The notes beneath the pieces were generated by a model. The model was given only the letters and a program-made list of their open reading frames with translations. It had not been told where the DNA came from and did not search any database. A stretch of 64,000 bases of DNA, taken from a virus. The translations under genes and the position numbers were made by a program. Location of the stretch: IMG/VR virus record IMGVR_UViG_3300042879_003514, positions 31,303 through 95,302 of that record. The stretch is one strand, 5' to 3'. Shown in pieces: positions 1 to 7,367 of this stretch; positions within the stretch are counted from its first letter, which is position 1; each line of letters begins with the position of its first letter.

Positions 1-11
1 AATCCCTAATT

Positions 12-30
12 GGTGTAATATAAAATATAA
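12..30 (+). promoter_or_regulatory. putative phage late-promoter motif GGTGTA + AT-rich tail
   Basis: GGTGTAATATAAAATATAA upstream of the first gene; related motif recurs in other intergenic gaps. Confidence 0.5.
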
Positions 31-51
31 CCCTTATTAATGGAGCTAATT

Positions 52-285
52 ATGGCCAGACCATTCACAGACATAACCAAATCAATAAGCGCTAATAATA
101 TTAAAAATGGCACCCTATTAGTAGCTACTGGTGGATTGCGTACTGGATCTTCCAGTAGTTATTTTAATAAGGTTTACGATCAATACGTTCAAACATATCC
201 AGTCATTACAGATATTCAAAGTAAATATGGTTATAGATTTTATAATGGTCTATTTATTGATAGTGTTGATAACGGCACCGTTTGA
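52..285 (+). CDS. hypothetical protein
   Basis: ORF 40..285; GGAG at 42-45 favours ATG at 52. Confidence 0.6.
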   Translation: MARPFTDITKSISANNIKNGTLLVATGGLRTGSSSSYFNKVYDQYVQTYPVITDIQSKYGYRFYNGLFIDSVDNGTV

Positions 286-293
286 GGTGATTC

Positions 294-656
294 ATGATAA
301 AACCCGGATATAGAACTAGTGAATTTTGGTTCACGATGGTTAGTTTTATTTTTAGTGGATTATTTTTAGCTGGTATTATAACAGATAACGCAGATAAGGA
401 AGATCTAATTAGAGATGTAAGTCATGGTGTTGAATCGTGCATCCTAATAGGAGGTCAATTGTTTATACTGTACAAATATATAAAGGGTAGATCAAATATT
501 AAACAATCTTGGTGGAACAGTCAATCAGTACCAATTTCTAAAGAGGTAGACACAAATGAATCTAACAAGCAAAGAACTAATAAAAACAGAAGTAGAAAAA
601 CTAATAGCAACAACAAAAGTAAAAGTACAAGAAGTAAAAAGAATAGCAGTAGATGA
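294..656 (+). CDS. holin-like membrane protein
   Basis: N-terminal KPGYRTSEFW motif, two hydrophobic segments, very basic C-tail; SD GAGGTG. Confidence 0.55.
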   Translation: MIKPGYRTSEFWFTMVSFIFSGLFLAGIITDNADKEDLIRDVSHGVESCILIGGQLFILYKYIKGRSNIKQSWWNSQSVPISKEVDTNESNKQRTNKNRSRKTNSNNKSKSTRSKKNSSR

Positions 657-942
657 AGCATGGAAAATTTTACAGTTAGCAACAGCAACAATTATTCAAA
701 TTATTGAATCTATTGGTAATGATTTGGCTGGTCCAGATAAAAAAGCATTAGCAATGGAACTTCTTAATAAATTCTATGATAGTGTGTTTACCGTTGTTGA
801 TATTCCAGTTGTGCCAAACTTTTTGGAGCCTATGATACATAAGTATGTGAAAGCTTTTCTCATGGTATTACTAAGTGCCACAATTGATGCTCTTGTCACA
901 ACTTTTAGAAATGCTGGAGTTTTTATTAAGAAAGTAGGTTAA
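556..942 (+). CDS. hypothetical helical protein, possibly membrane-associated
   Basis: SD AGAGG; amphipathic helices, hydrophobic C-terminal segment; overlaps the previous ORF by 101 nt. Confidence 0.7.
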   Translation: MNLTSKELIKTEVEKLIATTKVKVQEVKRIAVDEAWKILQLATATIIQIIESIGNDLAGPDKKALAMELLNKFYDSVFTVVDIPVVPNFLEPMIHKYVKAFLMVLLSATIDALVTTFRNAGVFIKKVG

Positions 943-943
943 T

Positions 944-1327
944 ATGAATTTTACTCAAAGTTTTGAAGAATTTAGTAGAAACGTGAGCACAATGGATTTG
1001 GCTCTGTATGCTGGTGTTGGAATTATTGTCTGGGTTTTATTTAAGGAAAGACTAAGCCCTATACAAAAACTTATACTATCTCTAGTAGACCAAGGCAAAA
1101 ATTTATTATCAACAAATAAATCTAAATCTTCTACTACTACTGATGTTGTTATGAATAAAACATCCGTTACTACACATGGTGAGGATGTCTTTTATCAATT
1201 AATTACATCCTGGAAACAAACTAGAGATCTTGCTGTGAAAAGCAATTGTGAGGAAGCCGTAAGGGTTGCAGATGAAATGTTTCCATTTCTAAGTCCAAGC
1301 GTTTGTAATAAGGATGAAAATCTATGA
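944..1327 (+). CDS. hypothetical membrane protein
   Basis: TM segment LALYAGVGIIVWVLF; tightly packed in operon. Confidence 0.7.
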   Translation: MNFTQSFEEFSRNVSTMDLALYAGVGIIVWVLFKERLSPIQKLILSLVDQGKNLLSTNKSKSSTTTDVVMNKTSVTTHGEDVFYQLITSWKQTRDLAVKSNCEEAVRVADEMFPFLSPSVCNKDENL

Positions 1328-1812
1328 ATCAAAAAATTGTGCTTGTTATTGCTGGTCTTTTGGTGTTTATTGGTTTAACTAAACCAGATTTATCAAAATT
1401 TATCAATCGTAATAACAATCCTGTTGTTGTAGACGAAATAATAGTCGTAACACCACCAGCAGATATAAAACTTAGAGAAGTTTGTCAACCAGTTATTGAA
1501 ACTCTAAAGGGTAATCCAAGAGATGCTCGTAGACTTTCAAATACGTTTTTGGATATTGCCAGACTAATCGAATTAGACGGAGAAGAAATGGTCATTAAAA
1601 ATACAGAAGAAATTAAACAAGCAAATAGTTTGGTTGGCGCAATGTTGCGTCTTGATATAAAAGGTAAGTATCCTTCATTATCTAAGGATTGTCAAGCAGT
1701 AGTTGTTAGTCAAATAGGAGATGATAACGTAACTCTAACAAAAGAATTACGAAGTTCTGCTGTTGAAGCGTTTAGGGGTCTTGGGTGGGCTTGTTATGAG
1801 GGGAGCAAATAA
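1324..1812 (+). CDS. hypothetical protein with N-terminal signal/anchor
   Basis: MNQKIVLVIAGLLVFIGL; ATGA overlap with previous gene. Confidence 0.7.
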   Translation: MNQKIVLVIAGLLVFIGLTKPDLSKFINRNNNPVVVDEIIVVTPPADIKLREVCQPVIETLKGNPRDARRLSNTFLDIARLIELDGEEMVIKNTEEIKQANSLVGAMLRLDIKGKYPSLSKDCQAVVVSQIGDDNVTLTKELRSSAVEAFRGLGWACYEGSK

Positions 1813-2738
1813 TGCCTCGTTTTTCACCAAAAGAATTATTTGAAAATTATAAAGAAGGTTTTCAAGGATGTCTTTGGGAACAACATATCTTTGATAGGCT
1901 TTTAGAAGAATCTAAATACGCATATTTTGGAGATGGGGCTAAAAGAATCCAAGGTAGCGGAAAAGGAAAACTATCAACACCATATAAGAGTGTGCTTAAG
2001 TTTGACAAAAGCTCTTACAATGAAAGACAAACCACAGGAGATTGTGTTAGTCATGCAACACGAAATGCTGTAGACGTTACTCGTGCTGTAGAAATTGATA
2101 TAGAGGGAGATAAGGAGAGTTGGTTAGCAAGAGGTGCTACAGAAGCGATTTATGGTGCTAGGGGGTGGGCTGGCCAAGGAATGAGTTGCTCAAGAGCAGC
2201 CGAGTTTGTTAGTAAAATAGGCGGGGTATTAGTTAGACAAAATTATAAAGGTGTTATAGATCTATCAAAATATAACGGTAGTCTTGGTGCTGGTTGGGGA
2301 GGCAGAGGTCTTCCAGATAAAGTAATCGACCTAGCCAATGACCACCAAATCAAAACAGTAAGTCTAGTTAGAACTATAGACGAAGCAAGAGACGCCTTAG
2401 CCAATGGTTATGGTTTAGCAGTCTGCTCTAACTATGGATTTAGTAGCAAAAGAGATAGTAAGGGTTTTGCAAAAACTAGTGGCAGTTGGGCACACGCTAT
2501 GGCCTGGATAGCATGTGACGATACTGGAAAAGAGCCATCGTTTTTAGTGCAGAATAGTTGGGGTAAATGGAATGATGGTGGTCATCCAGAATGGGGTCCA
2601 ATTCCAGATGGTTCGTTTTTAATTAATGCAGAAACCGCAGAAGGAATGTTATCTCAAAGCGGAGCATATGCTTTTAGTCAGTTTGACGGTTTTCCGGTGC
2701 AAAAACTTCCTTCATACGGATTTGAAGATTATCTATAA
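1812..2738 (+). CDS. papain-like (C1 family) cysteine peptidase
   Basis: Q-x-x-G-D-C-V-S-H-A catalytic Cys, HAM catalytic His, QNSWG catalytic Asn. Confidence 0.85.
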   Translation: MPRFSPKELFENYKEGFQGCLWEQHIFDRLLEESKYAYFGDGAKRIQGSGKGKLSTPYKSVLKFDKSSYNERQTTGDCVSHATRNAVDVTRAVEIDIEGDKESWLARGATEAIYGARGWAGQGMSCSRAAEFVSKIGGVLVRQNYKGVIDLSKYNGSLGAGWGGRGLPDKVIDLANDHQIKTVSLVRTIDEARDALANGYGLAVCSNYGFSSKRDSKGFAKTSGSWAHAMAWIACDDTGKEPSFLVQNSWGKWNDGGHPEWGPIPDGSFLINAETAEGMLSQSGAYAFSQFDGFPVQKLPSYGFEDYL

Positions 2739-2744
2739 AATATC

Positions 2745-2763
2745 GGTGTATTTATATTAATAA
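2745..2763 (+). promoter_or_regulatory. putative phage late-promoter motif
   Basis: GGTGTATTTATATTAATAA; 18/19 identical to the - strand copy at 59499-59517. Confidence 0.6.
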
Positions 2764-2777
2764 GAGAGGTTATTAAT

Positions 2778-2945
2778 ATGAGATTACTTGATAAAATTGC
2801 TCTTAATAGATTAATTAGTTTAATACTAGGTTTTATACTAACTATAGTAAAACTTTGTTTACCAGAAAGTGGTGATCAAAACACTATAGATAAACCAAAA
2901 GAAAAAAAGCTTTTTCCAAACATTAGACGAAAAAAGAAACAGTAA
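2778..2945 (+). CDS. small membrane protein, 55 aa (not in ORF track)
   Basis: SD GAGAGG; MRLLDKIALNRLISLILGFILTIVKLCLPES...RRKKKQ; one TM plus basic tail; fills the gap exactly. Confidence 0.7.
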   Translation: MRLLDKIALNRLISLILGFILTIVKLCLPESGDQNTIDKPKEKKLFPNIRRKKKQ

Positions 2946-2946
2946 A

Positions 2947-3261
2947 ATGATTAAATTTACTAGTTGTGTTCTTGTGTGTTCATTAATATTATTTTCTTCA
3001 TATGGTTACAACGGTTCCACAACTGCTGTGGTAACTGTTGTTGGTGGAGTTATTAAGGCTAAACACTCAGAAAGTATTAAAAAATATAAAAGAAAAGATT
3101 GTCCTGTTTGTAAAGGCAAAGGATGGTATATAAGTGGTGATGATATTCAAAAAGTACCCTGTGGATATTGCGAACCAGAAGAAAAACAAGAATCTGAAAT
3201 AACTCATCCGCCAATAATTATTAAAGGTGGTAATTGCAAAACTAAGGTAATGAAAAAATGA
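2947..3261 (+). CDS. signal-peptide protein with DnaJ-like CxxCxGxG zinc-finger fragment
   Basis: hydrophobic N-terminus; CPVCKGKG...CGYC. Confidence 0.65.
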   Translation: MIKFTSCVLVCSLILFSSYGYNGSTTAVVTVVGGVIKAKHSESIKKYKRKDCPVCKGKGWYISGDDIQKVPCGYCEPEEKQESEITHPPIIIKGGNCKTKVMKK

Positions 3262-3647
3262 ATAATGAAGATTTAAAAGTTATTGCAGAAAAAATTATCG
3301 CTAAGGTTCCTAATAAAGAACCAGAAAAATTTGGTAGTATTATTATGATACTTATGGTTATAAGTATTATTTTAACATTAATCAGAGTTATTCAGGAGTG
3401 CAATAAAAAGAAAATATCCATCTTCAATAGAAAACAAAAATACGAATATTATGGGCAGCAAGTTAAAGATATTTCTATTAGAAGGTCGTGGTTTACAAAA
3501 ATGATTGTAAAGAAATCCATTCGTAAAGAATTAGATAAAGAAGATTATAAATTATATGGCAATGACTTAGCAAAAGCTATTTTAGACACAGGAGAAAATC
3601 TCAAGGAGGATGAAATTATTACTTTAGTGGAGGCAGCAAATGTTTAG
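3258..3647 (+). CDS. hypothetical single-TM protein
   Basis: FGSIIMILMVISIILTLIRVI TM segment. Confidence 0.7.
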   Translation: MNNEDLKVIAEKIIAKVPNKEPEKFGSIIMILMVISIILTLIRVIQECNKKKISIFNRKQKYEYYGQQVKDISIRRSWFTKMIVKKSIRKELDKEDYKLYGNDLAKAILDTGENLKEDEIITLVEAANV

Positions 3648-3885
3648 TTTATTAGTATGGTGTGTATATGGAATTTTTGTTGGTAGTATAGCAAAAACAA
3701 TAGTTCCAGGAGATGAAAATTTCGGCTTTGTAAAAACAATAGTATTAGGGGTTGCTGGATCATACGCTGGAGGTATAATAACATATCTGCTGGGAATGAC
3801 ACCGCTCCAACCAGCAGGATTATTTATGGGTGTTGCCGGAGCAGTGGCATCTTTAGTATTTTATAAAAAATTACTTGAAAAATAA
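3640..3885 (+). CDS. GlsB/YeaQ/YmgE (transglycosylase-associated) family membrane protein
   Basis: W-x-x-x-G-x-x-x-G-x-IAK-x-IVPG...TIVLGVAGSYAGG pattern; three TM helices. Confidence 0.8.
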   Translation: MFSLLVWCVYGIFVGSIAKTIVPGDENFGFVKTIVLGVAGSYAGGIITYLLGMTPLQPAGLFMGVAGAVASLVFYKKLLEK

Positions 3886-3889
3886 GTTT

Positions 3890-3906
3890 AGTGTAATATA
3901 ATATAT
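3890..3906 (+). promoter_or_regulatory. putative late-promoter motif variant
   Basis: AGTGTAATATAATATAT in the intergenic gap. Confidence 0.4.
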
Positions 3907-3994
3907 TCATATTAAGGATATATTATGGCTATTTACTATATAAATGATCCACAATAAGGTATTGGGGTATTCTACTAATATAAGGAGTAGAATT

Positions 3995-4450
3995 ATGGCC
4001 ATATGGTATATTGATGATCCATATATCGAAGATGATTTTATAGTAAGTCCTGAAATTCAGGAGTATCTTGATGATGGATTTGTATTACCTGAAATTCCAT
4101 TTACTATTACTAATAATCAATCAGTAAATGATTGGGGGTATATTCAGGATCCAATAGCTTATAAACAAACTGTTGGTTCGCCATACAGCATAATTCATGT
4201 TAAGCCCACTAGTAGTTGGTCAAAAACACTACCTAATGAATTATTACAAAATAGTAAAATCATCTTTACAAATAATATTAATACTAATTATAAAAAATAT
4301 CAAAACTGTATTGATTTAGCAGATCAATTGCAAGAGACAATTGATGAAAATGGGTATGCATCAGTGATCGATAACTCCGCACCCACGACTGTTAATCATT
4401 TCGTACCAAACTATATACATATTATTCATGACTGTGATGGAACTAATTGA
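3995..4450 (+). CDS. hypothetical protein
   Basis: SD TAAGGAG at 3981-3987 supports ATG 3995 rather than 3944. Confidence 0.6.
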   Translation: MAIWYIDDPYIEDDFIVSPEIQEYLDDGFVLPEIPFTITNNQSVNDWGYIQDPIAYKQTVGSPYSIIHVKPTSSWSKTLPNELLQNSKIIFTNNINTNYKKYQNCIDLADQLQETIDENGYASVIDNSAPTTVNHFVPNYIHIIHDCDGTN

Positions 4451-4452
4451 TT

Positions 4453-5862
4453 ATGGCAAAATTAAAACCCAATCAATTTATCAGCGATGAAGTTCAAAAT
4501 ATTTATATAAATGGAACATTCTATAATAATTATCAAATTATAAAAGATATATCATCCACGAATAGCGTTGCGGTTATTTTAAATATAAATAATGATGATA
4601 ATGATGCACTATCTTGTTTTAATGATAATAACTAACAACTATGCTATGCTGTTAAAGATCTATTATCATCAAAATTTTTTATAGATTATCCTACTTTAAT
4701 CTCCGGAGGCTCATCTGCCACATCATTGAGTTTTGATTGTGCATTTTTAGGTATTAATAATTATAATGTTAATGTAACAATTGATAGAACTTATATTAAT
4801 AATATTTTAGCTTTAACTATTACATATGAATTATATACTGGCGAAATGGTTGGCGATCCATATTTAACATTAGTGGGTAAGATGGTTTGTAACAATGATT
4901 TATTAGAAACAACAATTGGCAAGTTACCATCTGTAGATGTTGATGTGTCACTATATGCTTTGCCAATCCAAGTCACATCTATAACATACTCATCCCCAGA
5001 GCATAATCTAATAGAACTAAATAAAGATAAATGCGTTATAATAATTGCTAGAACTTTTGAAAAATTTGTTGACAATACATTATGTGTAGAAATACCACCA
5101 ACCATAGCATTATCATTTAATGATATTCAAATCTCTGATTGCGAAATAGATCAAAGCGTTAAAAATGCTTTCAATATATTTTTTGATACACAAGCTGTTT
5201 ATCCTATAAAAAGCTCAAATTATACTATTGATGAATATGGATATCAAACTGGATTAACAGCAGAATATTCTGTATCTATTGATTTATTCTTATTCACCGT
5301 GTTACTAGAATATAATGATGGCGAAATTAATTTAACTATTAAAATGATTCAAAACAATGAAATAATATGCTCTATAGTCTTTGTCAAATCATTACCAAAT
5401 ATAGACGATATATTTACTGAAAAATTAGTATTTACTAATCCAACTATTACAGTAATGGATTGTGATAATTTAGATACAGGCATTATTACTTCAACCTCAT
5501 TTTATCCTGGATATACTACCACACCAGATTTATCTGCTAAATTTGATTATATATTCTTTAATACATCAACTGGCGATAGTTTTATTGTGAAAAATGTTGG
5601 CTTAAAGGGTAATAAGCTATCACTACACTCAAGAGTAGATGGTGCTCTTAATAAAATTGATGATTATGTTAGTTTTAGTGGTGATTTACAAATCAATTGC
5701 GCTATAGTTAATCCTATGGTTGATAGTTATCAGTATTGGAATGATGAACAATATGGAAAATTTAGTGAAACTACAATGAATATATTATCTATAAATAATT
5801 GGCCCGTATATGATCTTGATGTTAATCAAATAAATATCCAACTCGGCTGCATAACTCCATAA
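4453..5862 (+). pseudogene. hypothetical acidic beta-rich gene interrupted by one in-frame TAA (4633-4635), or two separate genes
   Basis: ORFs 4447..4635 and 4726..5862 share a frame; 4636-4725 is open. Confidence 0.45.
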
Positions 5863-5873
5863 AGGGATCAAAT

Positions 5874-6218
5874 ATGTCTGATATTAATGATGCTTGGTGT
5901 CGAGATAATAGTCAAAATAAATTAATTCTTTTATTTGATTGGCCAGGAATTAATCCGGCACAGCATCAAATAGTACCATCTCCAACAATAAGAGTATCCC
6001 ATTTGCCATATTATTATAATTCAGAGAAGTTTGGCTTTGGAGGACCAAAGGCTGCTATAGAAGGTATTAAAAAAAGTTGGGGTTGTCATGATAAAACAGA
6101 AAATGAAAAAAAAGCAGAAATGCCACCGGATCCTAAAAAAACTCGTAATTGTAGTATTGCGTATGCTGGTGGAGTTTGGGGTAGTACTCTTTACGATCCA
6201 ACTGTACGTTGCAAATAA
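5874..6218 (+). CDS. hypothetical protein
   Basis: SD AAGGGA; Cys/Trp/Gly/Pro-rich. Confidence 0.55.
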   Translation: MSDINDAWCRDNSQNKLILLFDWPGINPAQHQIVPSPTIRVSHLPYYYNSEKFGFGGPKAAIEGIKKSWGCHDKTENEKKAEMPPDPKKTRNCSIAYAGGVWGSTLYDPTVRCK

Positions 6219-6239
6219 AAGATCAAGGAATAATTTATT

Positions 6240-6605
6240 ATGTCACATCATTTAATTTTCGTAAATGGACATTGGGCTTTACCTTCCTATACAGATTATG
6301 GGATCAAAGATGTTGGTCAATGGAAAGGTTGTAGAAATCCTGGAATCTGGCCCCCAATATTAATATGTTCTCCAAGAACATCAGATTCATCAAACAATCA
6401 ACCTAAATCAATACCAATAAATACTGCACAGTCTAAAGATAGGGTGGTATTTATTAATCGTGGTGGTTTATTTGGCTTGGGTTCAGGTGTTGGTCCCGGA
6501 ACCAGAATATTTAATCGAAATGGTTTTGTAACAAGAAGCCGTAGAGGAAATCCAGTATATACTGCCAATTATTTTTTTGGCCCACCCATTACACGTTATG
6601 GATAA
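6240..6605 (+). CDS. hypothetical protein
   Basis: SD AAGGA; Gly/Pro/Arg-rich. Confidence 0.55.
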   Translation: MSHHLIFVNGHWALPSYTDYGIKDVGQWKGCRNPGIWPPILICSPRTSDSSNNQPKSIPINTAQSKDRVVFINRGGLFGLGSGVGPGTRIFNRNGFVTRSRRGNPVYTANYFFGPPITRYG

Positions 6606-6725
6606 TAAATATGCCAGAACCAATAGTTAAAGAATGGATTATTACTGATGCTAGATATCCTGGTTTATTTAGATTGTGTTGAGGCCCAGTTCATATTATA
6701 AATTTTTAACTTAACAATCGACCTG

Positions 6726-6753
6726 TTGACAAATCCTCAGCGTTTGATACAAT
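6726..6753 (+). promoter_or_regulatory. sigma70-type promoter with extended -10, probably leaderless
   Basis: TTGACA-16 nt-TACAAT with TG at the extended position; ATG 6 nt after the -10 box. Confidence 0.7.
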
Positions 6754-6759
6754 ACTTAT

Positions 6760-7242
6760 ATGAGCATAAGACCATCGTGGATAGATTATTTTTTAGGTTT
6801 AGCTACTGTTGTATCTCAACGTAGTCATGATATTCAAACCAAACACGGCTGTGTGATTGCCGACAGGAATAATAGAATCTTAGGTGTTGGCTATAATGGT
6901 TTTCCTCGTGGATTACTAGACGAGAATCTACCAAATACTAGACCAGATAAATATCCGTGGATGATTCATGCTGAGAGAAATGCTCTTTCTAATTGTGTTG
7001 TTAGACCAGATAATGGTGTTGCATATGTAACTGGTCAATGTTGTAACGATTGCATAATGGCTTTATGGCAAGAGGGGGTCACAAAAGTAATTATGTCTGA
7101 TGATCATGGTACACATTTATTTGATAGTGAAGCTCAAAAAAGATTTGATATATTTATAAAAATGACCGGCATGGATATAGAATATATTAAACCAGATCTT
7201 TCATGGATTACAAAAATGAGAGGTGTATTAAATGATAATTAG
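6760..7242 (+). CDS. dCMP deaminase (ComEB-like)
   Basis: GYNGFPRG, HAERNA, CCNDC zinc motif. Confidence 0.92.
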   Translation: MSIRPSWIDYFLGLATVVSQRSHDIQTKHGCVIADRNNRILGVGYNGFPRGLLDENLPNTRPDKYPWMIHAERNALSNCVVRPDNGVAYVTGQCCNDCIMALWQEGVTKVIMSDDHGTHLFDSEAQKRFDIFIKMTGMDIEYIKPDLSWITKMRGVLNDN

Positions 7243-7366
7243 TTTTTATATATGTTTAATGTTTTATTTATATTCTATAATTTTCACCACTGATCACAAC
7301 TCAATAATGAATGCTTTTTCTTTTACTGTTGTGACAGGATTACTTGTTCTAATCAATAGGAGATGA
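7232..7366 (+). CDS. small two-TM protein, 44 aa (not in ORF track)
   Basis: SD GAGGTG; MIISFYICLMFYLYSIIFTT...FSFTVVTGLLVLINRR; fills the gap to the RNR. Confidence 0.55.
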   Translation: MIISFYICLMFYLYSIIFTTDHNSIMNAFSFTVVTGLLVLINRR

Positions 7367-7367
7367 G

